64,000 bases of DNA from the NCBI GenBank assembly GCA_964187785.1, contig OZ076409.1, positions 22,074,001-22,138,000 on the forward strand, written 5' to 3'. This document shows positions 11,593 through 23,349 of this stretch, piece after piece. Below the pieces are notes generated by a model. That model was not told the origin of the DNA. It did not search any database and worked only from the letters and a program-made list of their open reading frames with translations. The translations under genes and the position numbers were made by a program. The DNA comes from Amphiscolops sp. MND2022 (Eukaryota). Position 1 is the first letter of the stretch. Each line of letters starts with the position of its first letter.

Positions 11593-14500
11593 TGTCATGC
11601 CAGCATGATGGAAATATAGTCTACTAAATATCTGTAATGTAAATATTATGTCTTATGTACTTAGATATGGGCAATATGATGTCATATAATAAGAGCCATG
11701 GTTGTGAGCAACTCTACGTTACTTGTACCTTAATCCCTTTCCCCCCCGAGTGTGAGTTATATATATTTACTTAATACTGAGCGCTCTAGTTCCGGTGTCC
11801 GCATAAATGATCTTGCCAGAATCTGGCCTTGAAAGTGCTATATTTCATAAATATTGGTTTGTCACGACAAGGGAGAGAAGTTTTCCGATCAGACTGGACC
11901 GAGGAATATTGGAAGTAATGGAAAATATAACTTCTACTAACTCCCCGCCTCAGAGTATGTAGTTGTGACAAATTCCATTAAATTCATCACAAATTCATCG
12001 TCGAATTTGATGACAATTTTGATCTGATCAGAAATTTCACTTGGATCCATCAGCGGGTTCAACGGTGTTTTTAACCAAAGTTCATCGCAATCCCATCCTT
12101 AAAGTTTGCGAGTGAACAAAACATGGGACTTTAAACTGACTTTCATCAGAAATCCATCAACGGATTTTATGGGACTTATTCTAGTAAAACTCATCTTTAA
12201 TTCATCGTGATTATTTCGTTTAGTAATTCCTAAATGTGCTTCTCATTTCTAAAGAACAGTAGTCCATCCTTTATTCATCGCGTTCACTAGTACAGAAGAG
12301 AAATGAGAAAGTACATCCTTAATTCATCCTAAAAAAGAGTGAAAGTGCTGGTTATCTGATTTGTTTAGTAAACCCATCCTCAATTCATCTTGATTTCGTT
12401 TGTGCTGAAAATTAACCATTTTAGCGGGTGAGTTCATCCTAAACTCATCGCCAATTTGTACTGCTTTGGTATTTGCTGTTTTAACTGACAAGTTCATCCT
12501 AAACTCATCGCCAAAATTCTCCTGTACTAGAATTAGCGTTTATCGACTGAATTCATCCCTAATTCATCGTCATTTGAATCTGTGCTGGAAATTGGCAAAT
12601 TATGCATGGAGTTCATCCTTTTGTCATCGTCAGTTTGAATTGTGTTGATTTCCGAGCGAGAAAGACTATCATTCATCGCATTTTCATCCAGAGCAAAAAC
12701 TAGACTTGGAAATCAGCAAATATTCTTACAAGTTCATCGCATTTCCATCTTCAAGTTTTAAATCATTGATTTTGGCGCTAAAATCAGCGGAAAACATCGT
12801 TTTCCCATCCCAAAGTGTGCTTCATCTTAAATTTGATTGAAATTAGTGCGTTATTGAATGATTTGAGTCCATTTTAGTTGCTATAGAAGCCATGATGTTA
12901 TGTGCAGGCAATTGCGACATTGTAAATTGATGACTAAACACCATTAACACATGTAAATGTACCATGGTGCGTGGCCACTTTGCGAGGAATATTGGAAGTA
13001 ATGGAAAATATAACTTCTACTAACTCCCCGCCTCAGAGTATGTAGTTGTGACAAATTCCATTAAATTCATCACAAATTCATCGTCGAATTTGATGACAAT
13101 TTTGATCTGATCAGAAATTTCACTTGGATCCATCAGCGGGTTCAACGGTGTTTTTAACCAAAGTTCATCGCAATCCCATCCTTAAAGTTTGCGAGTGAAC
13201 AAAACATGGGACTTTAAACTGACTTTCATCAGAAATCCATCAACGGATTTTATGGGACTTATTCTAGTAAAACTCATCTTTAATTCATCGTGATTATTTC
13301 GTTTAGTAATTCCTAAATGTGCTTCTCATTTCTAAAGAACAGTAGTCCATCCTTTATTCATCGCGTTCACTAGTACAGAAGAGAAATGAGAAAGTACATC
13401 CTTAATTCATCCTAAAAAAAGAGTGAAAGTGCTGGTTATCTGATTTGTTTAGTAAACCCATCCTCAATTCATCTTGATTTCGTTTGTGCTGAAAATTAAC
13501 CATTTTAGCGGGTGAGTTCATCCTAAACTCATCGCCAATTTGTACTGCTTTGGTATTTGCTGTTTTAACTGACAAGTTCATCCTAAACTCATCGCCAAAA
13601 TTCTCCTGTACTAGAATTAGCGTTTATCGACTGAATTCATCCCTAATTCATCGTCATTTGAATCTGTGCTGGAAATTGGCAAATTATGCATGGAGTTCAT
13701 CCTTTTGTCATCGTCAGTTTGAATTGTGTTGATTTCCGAGCGAGAAAGACTATCATTCATCGCATTTTCATCCAGAGCAAAAACTAGACTTGGAAATCAG
13801 CAAATATTCTTACAAGTTCATCGCATTTCCATCTTCAAGTTTTAAATCATTGATTTTGGCGCTAAAATCAGCGGAAAACATCGTTTTCCCATCCCAAAGT
13901 GTGCTTCACCTTAAATTTGATTGAAATTAGTGCGTTATTGAATGATTTGAGTCCATTTTAGTTGCTATAGAAGCCATGATGTTATGTGCAGGCAATTGCG
14001 ACATTGTAAATTGATGACTAAACACCATTAACACATGTAAATGTACCATGGTGCGTGGCCACTTTGCGGCAGTTCACAACACTGGTCACGTGACTTACCA
14101 TTTTAACACCAGCTGGTAACAGCCAATGAGAGAAGGTTGGTAAGAGATTTAGCGTCTTACCAACCGAAAAGACACGTGAACTGCTGTAAATTGGACCGCC
14201 ATTAAATATTACTCAGCCCGAATTGCGACAAGCTACCGACCAGTTGGATATTTTAACACGCAAAAGTTAGAAAATACATCTCTACTTCATCGTCAGAAAC
14301 TGAAGAATTTGAACTGAGTAATTTCTTGGTACATCTATTATTGCGATAAAAATTGGATGAACTTCTCCTGAATAACTTGCTAGTTTTCCTTCCTTATCTA
14401 ACTGCTTACTTATTTGTACGACTTCTTTCTAAGACATCTCAGTTCAGATTAGTGAATTTGAGATCGAATATTCCGTTAAATCAGCAAAATACACTGAAAC

Positions 14501-14860
14501 AACATCTCAGATAATTCAGTCTTCACTCATAATTCTTTTCTCTCGAATACATGAATCCAGATCAAGGGACCGAACTTAGAAGCGGTAAAGTCATTCATTC
14601 CTCGTCAGGAACATCCTCTCCAATAGATTCAGACATGGCTCAGTCTTCCGCCAATGACTCTGACAACAATGAAACTTCAGATATCTCGTCCCAGTTGTCT
14701 GAAATAAAAGAGAACTATGAGAGGAAGATAAATGAGTTACAAAACGAATTTAGTCAACTGAAGAACTTATTAATGGCAGTTATTAGTAAAAATGACGAAA
14801 ATAACTTACCTTCGACAACGCAAAGTTCTTCAAAGCCGACCCACAGAGTTGGGTTCGACA
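11593..14860 (+). repeat. Putative 3' LTR of element A (~3.3 kb including the internal duplication)
   Basis: Starts TGTCA after the PPT and ends CGACA; terminal part encodes a gag-N-terminus-like ORF open to the boundary. Confidence 0.6.
11900..14068. repeat. Near-identical tandem duplication, 2 x ~1083 bp
   Basis: CGAGGAATATTGG at 11900 and 12983; identical 60 aa ORFs at 12466 and 13550; I saw only a 1 bp A-run indel and one substitution. Confidence 0.97.
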
Positions 14861-14865
14861 CATGA
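14551..14865 (+). CDS. Probable gag N-terminal segment encoded within the LTR (truncated at LTR end)
   Basis: LRSGK motif typical of Gypsy gag starts, coiled-coil segment, frame ends 5 nt past the putative LTR end. Confidence 0.5.
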   Translation: MNPDQGTELRSGKVIHSSSGTSSPIDSDMAQSSANDSDNNETSDISSQLSEIKENYERKINELQNEFSQLKNLLMAVISKNDENNLPSTTQSSSKPTHRVGFDT

Positions 14866-15390
14866 TAATCGGCCAACTGTAAAAAGGTACCAAACCTACA
14901 GACATAATAAAAAGTAAAACGGTAAAGTTTCTTACTACAATTATTCAATCTATACGGAATACCGGAGAAAAGCAAGTCAGACAAAGGCAGCGCATCCACC
15001 TCGAAAGAGGACACCGACGTTTGTAAATCGAGAAACATTGAAAAAGCATTATCGCCACCAGGTTACACGCAGGCACGGGAGCAGCCGAACAACAGCTAAG
15101 GAATCCAAAATATATATATATTTTGGACGATACCCATTCCTTAACCGAATTTGACAAAAGAGCGGTAAAAGTAATGCTACTGAATTTGACAAAAGAGTAA
15201 AGCTATTTACGATGCAAACAAAATTGTCAATTGAATTACATCACGGTAAAATAGTTAGACGTGAAGTAGCCAATCTAGTCAAACACGGTAAATCGTTTCT
15301 CTCTAATTTGTTCGAGCTATCTGTTTATTCAGAGGCAAGTCCAGGAAACATCAATATCCATATCCACATCGCAAGACAACGAAGAAAAAA

Positions 15391-16173
15391 ACAAGCCGGG
15401 ACCGGCCCAAGTCGGCGCCATCATATCCAAGGCTCAAAAATAGCAAAAAGACTTCCAAGTGTCAAGTACTCTTTTACAGTACTCGAAAATCGAAATTTTT
15501 TGAAAAAAAATTTTTCGAAAAATTACATAGTCAAAAAAATGGACCGAGTGGCGCGCCGGAGCTCGCTAGCGCGAGCCCCTGGCGCGCTAAAGTCTCACAA
15601 TGCCGAAAAACTGAAAGGGGGGACCCTTTGTGGTTTTTCAACATCCATTCTGTCGCAAAACATGAAAAAATTGAAGAAAACAAAAATTTTCATTTTCGGG
15701 AAAAAATCTCACAATGCCGAAAAAAAACTGAAGGGGGGGACCCTTTGGGATTTTTCAACATCCATTCTGTCGCAAAACATGAAAAAATTGAAGAAAACAA
15801 AAATTTTCATTTTCGGGAAAAAATTTCACAATGCCGAAAAAAACGACCCTTTGGGATTTTTCAACATCCATTCTGTCGCAAAACATCAAAAAATGCAGGG
15901 GGGACCCTTTGGGGAAAAGGTTTTTTTCGAAAAAAAGTGTCGCAGTGCCGAAAAAAAATGAAAGGGGGGAGGGAGTCTTTGGTCTCGCCCGGTATGGTAT
16001 GTTACGCGGAAAAACAGGAAAAACTTTTTTGGTTCAGTTCGCTAGACCAAATAGTGCATTTTGATGCAATAATAATTTGTAGAACTTTTGTAGAACTATT
16101 TTGGTCAGTTCGTGTGGATAGAAAAAAAAGAGTCACTATTATAGTCGCGTTTCACTTCATGAAGCCCCGACTA
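15391..16173 (-). mobile_element. Non-autonomous Helentron-like (HINE/DINE-type) element with ~120 bp internal tandem repeats
   Basis: Subterminal inverted repeats AGTCGGCGC (15410-15418) / GCCCCGACT (16164-16172); GC hairpin plus CTTGTTT at the minus-strand 3' end; A/T runs on both flanks. Confidence 0.6.
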
Positions 16174-16722
16174 AAAAAAAAAGAGAGAGAGAGAGAGAGA
16201 GTTGCAAATACTTGGTAATGACAAGGAAAAAGGGTGATGAAAACACCATTACCGAAAAGAATTCCAAAAAGAAGGTGTTGTTATTTGAACATTCTTCCAT
16301 ATTTAAAGGAAAAAGGAAAAAATTGCAAAAGAAAAGTTTCAGAAGGGAGCTTTTCAACAAAGTCTACAAACTGAAATAAGCGGGAATAGAAACACCGTTC
16401 CTATCGAAAAAGATGAAGTGATTCACTGGAAATTTATCTCGGAATCGATTACACTTCAGAGCCACAAAACGAAGGAGAGGTTATCGCAAATTGGTGATGA
16501 AAGAATGCCGAAGAACCCGACACTGCCTATGCGGTGTTGAATAAAAGTACATTCCGAGGATACCTCGGGATATACTGAAAGGTAACCTGAAACCCATTTC
16601 AAATCTTACCCGAGAAACCCAATCTGGGTCGGAAAATGAGGCAGGGGAAACAAACGAGCAAAACAAAAACGATTTTCAAAACGCCAACACAGTCTGAAAG
16701 CGAAATGGGTACAATTCAATAG

Positions 16723-16991
16723 TGTGCTGCTTTTAATGGTTGGTTAGTTCTTTGGATGGTCTTATACACAACTACTAAAAGCGGCTGAGAGACAGGCTAG
16801 CTAGCTTACTTTATTACAACTAGTTCGAGGTGTTAGAAGTAGAACAAAAAGGAAGTCAACTGAATACTGATTATTAGTTTTCTCTCTCTGAGGGAGTAGA
16901 GATTTACAATCATTCAATAACAAATAAATGTACATTCTAGAACATTCTATAAACATCTAAATACTATTGGTTATTAATGTAGGTCAGTACA
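16723..16991 (-). repeat. 3' LTR of element B
   Basis: TGTGCTG...CAGTACA; adjacent TCCATCCCGG is the reverse complement of the PPT; about 4 differences from the other LTR. Confidence 0.97.
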
Positions 16992-18017
16992 TCCATCCCG
17001 GTTTTTAAATAAAATAAAATTTTAAAGTAGCATCATTAATTGAAATGAAGAAAAAATTTTTTGTTTAAATGTTCTTAGCGTTTCAGCTAGTTAATATTTT
17101 TCAATAGATGGATGATTGGCATAAGTCTCGTTAAGAGTGGTGTAAGTTCTACTCATTGGTGTACCTCGAATTGTCAAAATTTTGATTGACACCTCGTAGG
17201 TGCGACTACAGTTCAAAAAGCGTCAAAGTGTTCTTTTTCACTATGCTTTCGTCGGCTTGTTTTTTGAACTGGTAGATGCTCAATTTTATGCTTCTGTTGA
17301 AGTTTATGAAAGAACTTCGCATTGAACAAACGTGAGCAAACATCATACGAGTTAAAGGTCAAAGAGTCATTGAAATAATATCGTTGAGAAAAATTTTTCA
17401 TCGAGCGTGAGATTTGTTTGAAAAGATTTCAGGTTGTGATTAACTTTGACGGGTTTGTTATGTAACAAATGTTGAAAACTTTGAGAATTTGGGTCTGTCA
17501 TTATTCGAATTTGATTTGAACAATGTGCTTGATCTAATTTTGAGCTGGTTTTGTTGAAATTTGAAAAGATTTGTTGATAATATTTGTGAATTTTTTGGAT
17601 AGGATAGCACCGAAAAATAATAAATATTACTAATTATTCTTTAAAAATAAAGCAAATAAACATCGGTACGGGTCTGAATAAAAGATTTTTGTGCAAATAA
17701 ATGTGGGTGGGGATGAAATTTGAAATAATAACTACATAGTGAAAATTTTCGGTAAGAGTTGGAATTCATTGAAATATTAGATGACTTTGAAACTTTTCGA
17801 AATGTTATCATGCACAATGTTTTTTCTTTGAGTTTTCTTTATTATTAATTATCGATCATCTTCGGCTGAGAATGTGGGTGACGATTGAAGATTGGAAGAT
17901 GGATGAAGAAGGGTCAGCAGATGAATGAAGATGGGCAACTGGTGGGCGGCGATGAAGTTGAAGATGTGGGATTCGAAGATGGGAGTAGACAGGTGCTGTT
18001 GATGGCGTCTGTTGATA

Positions 18018-18609
18018 TTAGAAAGAAACGTAAGTATATGTTTTGTGCGAGTAATTATCATCTAAAAGTGCTTCTGGAGGGTCTTTTTGAAGTTCTTCGT
18101 CAGTATCATCGTTATCATCTGAAGGCCAATAAGAATTTAGACGTTGTTTTTCCATTTCAGAACGCATTCTATTGGATAGATTTCGTACTAAACGTTTGGG
18201 CTTGATGGTAGTATGTTCTGTTTGGGTAGTGGCGTCTCGTTGGGTTGAATATGTGTCAGAATGTTTATGAATATGGAGATCTTGGTCGAAATTTATTCTT
18301 GTTATTTGGAATATTTGGAACATATTAAGCAATATCATCCTTGTAAGATGTGGGTCTGCCTTTTTGTCTGTTCTAAGCTGCGCATTTAATGTCGTTAAAT
18401 GCTTTTTCAGGATCAAGGATCGCAATCGAGCTGAAGAGATTGAAAGAAAAGGAGCTATCGGGCAGTCCAAGTCGCCAGAATGAAATGATGTCATATTGAA
18501 GAATGAGAAAATTTTGTTGAAAGCTGTAGAAGATACTTTGGAATTCTTCTTGAATGGGTGGCCTGAGAGAAGGAAGGAATGCTGAAGAAGCAGTTGTGAC
18601 GATATTCAC
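18018..18609 (-). pseudogene. Post-env accessory ORF fragments of element B
   Basis: Overlapping 78 aa and 158 aa frames on the element's sense strand, suggesting one frameshifted ORF; no recognisable domain. Confidence 0.35.
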
Positions 18610-19016
18610 CTAAAATAGATTAGTTTGTTTACAATAAAGTTCCTTTGAAAATAGAATTTCGTAAATGACATTTTTTTATTGAAATTTGTGATGTTATAAC
18701 TTTTTAATTTCAAGAATTAAGTTGTTGTATTTTGGAAGTCTTTTGAAGGGTATTTGAATATCTTTCATATAAGTACTTATTTGTTGAAATCGGTCCATTA
18801 AAAGGAGGAGCAATTGAGGAATTTTGTTGAAAATTTTTATGTCGTGATTGAAATTTTTCATGTTATTTTATTTTAAAAGTGTATTTTAACATCAAGCATG
18901 TATTATAATCGTGCATAGCAGGCATATGCGTGTAGACTCAATTAATTTTGACAGGTTGTTAAGAGATTAAGTGATAAGTGTTAACAATTTTAAAGTAATT
19001 ATCCCATAATTACCAG

Positions 19017-20309
19017 TTAAGATCGATGCATTTTTTCAATAGTGTAGTTGAATTCGTCTAGAGATGTACGAATGCACAAAGCTGATTGGCTAATTCTTGT
19101 CGTATCAAATACGATATTTTGTATTATGCTTCGAGCTTGTTCAAGGGTATTTACGATTTCAGCGATTGTTATAAGAATATCTCGGTTCGGATGATGATAC
19201 GGTTTTATGATATTCAGGATTTCTGTATATTTCTGTAATTCATCTGTTGGGCGAAAACTTTGTGGTTGAGGAATATCATTTTTGGTTTTCTTAGGCAATT
19301 CTTGTTTTGCTTTTTTATATTTTTTGTGATTTCCATTTGTAAGAAGTGAAAGCAGATGAGAAATAATGAAAATTAATTCATTAATTGAATATTCCTTTTT
19401 GGTCATTGCGTGAAAATAGGTTTTTTCACAGTCTCCCAAAGGTTGAGAGGCTATATGTTGAAGTGGAGGAAGAGGATCAGATATATGTTGAGGTATATCT
19501 TCTTGTAGTAACGAATCGTCGTTCAGAATGATGTATTCTTGTGGTACAATGATTGGTCTTTTTGGGTTATCATTTGGAAGGAAGAGAAAACTTTGTTTCA
19601 GCGGGTCATAATTTCTAAGTTTTCCTTTTGTTTTGGTATGATCTATTAAATATTCTGAGTTGAAAGTGAATGGCGATGTATATTTGGAGTTGAAGAATAT
19701 ATAATTATCGGGCTCTTTATATTGAAGAAACTTTTGATAAGTCATGTGGTGGGCCTTTTTGATTTGGTATGGCAAAAAATTTGCATCATTTTTTTCGGTT
19801 CGAAGATCATATGGAGATGGTCTGAGGAAGTTGTATTGGAATGAGAAAATTTTCACTTTATTGTTTAACCACCAATCATATGGGGTAATCAATTTTGAAG
19901 CAATTGATGTATGATAATCATTTTTAAATTCTCTGATGATGAATTTGTTTTTTGTTGGAATCATGTATAACGAAGTTAACTGAGATTGAAAGGTGAAGTT
20001 TTTTGACGAGAGAATAGGAACTAATTCACAATCTCTATCTTCATCATGTTTAATTGGTTTTATGAAAGGAGGGCAAGCGCCAGATTCCATAAAAGGTTTA
20101 TCTGCAGTTATATCTGGGTACTTTCGTTTTTGAGATCTTGTGTTAACAAGATCTACTTGTTCAATAGGAATATTTTCTATAGGGTCTTGAGAGTTGGAGG
20201 AAGAGTTATTATCTTCGTTAACATTTTGTTGAATAGTTATATTCAAAGGGGATGCAAGCAATTCAGAGGGATTAGAGTTAACTACATCAATTTCGGGCAA
20301 GAATTCCAT
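19017..20309 (-). CDS. Post-env accessory ORF (430 aa), unknown function
   Basis: ATG-started uninterrupted frame in AT-rich DNA; TRSQKRK basic (NLS-like) motif. Confidence 0.7.
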   Translation of the reverse strand: MEFLPEIDVVNSNPSELLASPLNITIQQNVNEDNNSSSNSQDPIENIPIEQVDLVNTRSQKRKYPDITADKPFMESGACPPFIKPIKHDEDRDCELVPILSSKNFTFQSQLTSLYMIPTKNKFIIREFKNDYHTSIASKLITPYDWWLNNKVKIFSFQYNFLRPSPYDLRTEKNDANFLPYQIKKAHHMTYQKFLQYKEPDNYIFFNSKYTSPFTFNSEYLIDHTKTKGKLRNYDPLKQSFLFLPNDNPKRPIIVPQEYIILNDDSLLQEDIPQHISDPLPPLQHIASQPLGDCEKTYFHAMTKKEYSINELIFIISHLLSLLTNGNHKKYKKAKQELPKKTKNDIPQPQSFRPTDELQKYTEILNIIKPYHHPNRDILITIAEIVNTLEQARSIIQNIVFDTTRISQSALCIRTSLDEFNYTIEKMHRS

Positions 20310-20750
20310 TATTCAAACTTGCGTGTTTTTGTAGAGCTAAAATAATGACTATAACGTTTGATTACATTATTTCTAATAATAAGGAAAAATTTTGTTATGT
20401 CTTTTCTATCCATTAAATTGTTTGTTAAAATTAAAGTTTAAATTGTACTTACAATATGGGAATACTGAGTCAATGATGGGTTGAAAACATCAACAATCAC
20501 AGTGGCATCTATTCCAGGAATAGAAACTTCTGTGATTTCGGTCTTTTAGATGGACTGAAAATCCAGTTGAAGTCATCTGGTTGAGAGTTGAGTTGTGGTG
20601 GGCAAGTGAATTGTTTGTTGAGTTGAAAAGGAGAGACCGGTCCGAATGAGAATTTGGGTGTGAATGAAAGTTAAAACTGAGGAGAATTTAGTTGATAATT
20701 TTTTGAACTTTTTCTGAGATTAATTTGTTTTTTAAGTTATTGCTTTTCAG

Positions 20751-23316
20751 CTAGGAGGGATTGAGTTTTATAAAGACTTTAGCAGGACTTTCCGGTACAG
20801 CTATTACATTTGACATTAATGGGTCATAGTCCTGAGAATTAATATCGTTTACATTAGTTGGGTGTGTCTTTTGCGGTGATTGAAATGTTGAATTCTTACT
20901 GGAATATTTAGGAGGTAAATAAGGGGAGTCAGTATCAGAGTGTCTTCGTTTATTGTTTAGTTCTTTTTCCGGCAATAGGCTATTATCATTTTCACTTGTT
21001 GTAATTTTGTGTTTAGTATATGTCCGTTTTCGTTTTCCTGTATTGTTTAAATCGGTTACCATTTCCGATGTAATTATATTTAAAAATCCATGGGCTATTG
21101 AACTCAAAATGGAAATGTTGCTTTGGAGATTATATTTTATGCTAATTGTTCTGTAGAATTTGAGTAAAAATGTTAAAACTTCTCTAATGAAAAGAAATGT
21201 TGAAAAATAAATTCCACATTGTGTTAAAACATAACATGGATATCCAAAGAAATTAATGAATGCTTGACTGAACCAGTCAGGGTTAAAAAGTGGTGAAAGG
21301 TTTAGAAAGTGGTCATGTACTCCAATCCTTAAATGATTATAGGGATTATGTCCTGAGTATGAGTGTTTATCATTATGCATTGAGATGAAATCATAGCTTA
21401 ATGATTTTCCAAGTAATTGAAGAGTTGTGTCTGAATGTTTAGCAAATGATACTCTGTTCCAGAATTGATCTAATTCTGCATTTGAGTATATACCGGCATC
21501 TTGGGCGGTAAATGTATTAGGAGTGATTGTTGTTTTAATTTGGGTAGGTTTAAACAATTGTGGTGCTTCTCGTTTGAGTGGTTCTGGTGTTAACACATAA
21601 AAATCTCCGTCGTTGGAATCTGGATCTAATTCTATTATATTTTGTGGATTATTTCCACATTCAATTGGTGTTGCATAGTTAAAAATTTGTCTTGTTATTG
21701 GGTCAACATACATTATCGTTTCTCGGTAGTGTATAGGAATTCTATCAAAGCATTTGTCTGCCTTGTATAGTGATGATACAAAATGAGGGCAATCATACAG
21801 CCATGCTGTAGATCCTTCAACGTAGAGAAGGTTACTACGATTTCCAGTTAAATGAAAACCAGCTAATTGAGGATTTTTAACTGACATAGCTAAGATTGTT
21901 AATAGTTGAGTTCTTTCCAGTTCACATTTTGTATGAAGAGTGTTTAGTTCTTGTACTGTCATGGATTTAAATACATGATTTATTGTGAAATCAATCTTTG
22001 TATTAATGTGGGCATCATAATCTAAATTGGCGAAATTGTTTGATATATTCAATGCAGGGAATATATACCTTTTGTTTGAATCATCATATTTTATATTTCC
22101 ACTAATTGTTTGGTCAATTATTGAGTGTGGACTTGGTAATCCTGTGTTCATATCAAAACCATCTAAGTATGTAACAAAGATGTCATCATATTGTGTTGAA
22201 AACCATGGTTCAGGTTTTCCACAGAAGGTTTGTGCAATTGGGTATATTTCACATCGAGAAAGGCTTGGATTGCTTACTTTTGATTGTGGTGTTTTTACAT
22301 TAGGATATCTTGTTCCTTGTATTTATTCGGTTTGAAGTTTTTGTGTGATGTTTGAAGTTTCAATGAAGGTATCGGTTTCTATCCAGTATCTATCTTTGAT
22401 TCGTGTCATTCTACCAATGAATTCTTGAAGTTGAAATATGAGGCAAAATTTTTCATCAAACCATGTTAATGTATATGGAGTTTTGGTCGTTGGTTTACAA
22501 AATCCGTCTGAATGATAACATGGTAATATGTGTCCGTCATGTATTAATTGATTGTTTTTATCGTCATAATCTATTGCGGTGTTAACAATTCTAAGTTTCC
22601 AACTTTGTCTGGTAATTAAATGTTCTCGGTCTGATCGACATCTGGAGTATGTATTTTGCGTAACATTAACTATCCAATCAGGATAATTTTCGTCAAATAC
22701 GAAGGTTCCAATATGCCATGTATTTAATTTTTTTACTCTAAATGGTGTCTGAATTCGTTCAATTGTGTTTTGATAATTACTATAATCGAACAATGAGAAA
22801 GAGCTTTGTATATTGTAATTGTTTAATTCTTCGCTATCAGTCGCGTTTAAATATCTGATCATATTTTTGCATTCAATAGGGTCCAATATTTTTGGAAGTT
22901 CTAATGTGTTTTGTCCCCATTGTAAACGATCATATCGTGAATGTTTGTGAACACCAGACTTTCTCAGTCTTTATATATGCTTCACATTTAAAGGCTTTTA
23001 TTCTTTTGGCTTTTGCTCTAACGTAAATTGTTGCTTGGGTTTTTGTGTGTTGTATATCTGAGGGTGCTTGTTTACATGGTTCTACGTTTAATAAACTGAA
23101 TTGTCTTAGGTTGTTTTGTTTTGCACAATCATAATGAGATACCATTAAGTTTAAAATGTTAGGATCTTGGTCTGAAATATGATTTTCGGAATTGGTGGTG
23201 TCAACTTTGGGAACAGTTGAAGGGTGAACTAAAGAGTGAACTATATTTATTATATACGTGTATTTAACAACTTGTATTATATATATTAAATGAAAGGTAA
23301 AGGTGATTTGGTTCAT
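20751..23316 (-). pseudogene. env: env: chuvirus-G / herpes gB-like (class III) fusion glycoprotein in three frameshifted pieces
   Basis: Hydrophobic N-terminus; SHYDC...FSLLNVEPC; Cys-rich ectodomain; CELERTQLLTILAMSVKNPQLAG...AWLYDC...CFDRIPI...YVDPITR...PIEC; C-terminal TM segment and basic tail. Confidence 0.8.
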
Positions 23317-23349
23317 GGTTAAAATATTGATCTATAATTGAGTCCTGAG

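Larger units (their letters stand above)
1..14860 (+). mobile_element. Gypsy/Ty3 LTR retrotransposon A (5' part outside window): pol, ~8 kb extra region, probable 3' LTR
   Basis: PR-RT-RH-IN order in ORFs 12..3787; purine run GGGGAG (11587-11592) directly before TGTCATG at 11593; putative end ...TTCGACA at 14860; GATGAA/TTCATC motif shared across the span. The 5' LTR is not in the window, so the extent is inferred. Confidence 0.65.

Noticed and set aside
15212..16218. Lys/Phe-rich ORFs of 249 and 196 aa
   Set aside because: They run through A/T-run tandem repeats of a non-autonomous element; the unique part before 15390 is too short to assign.
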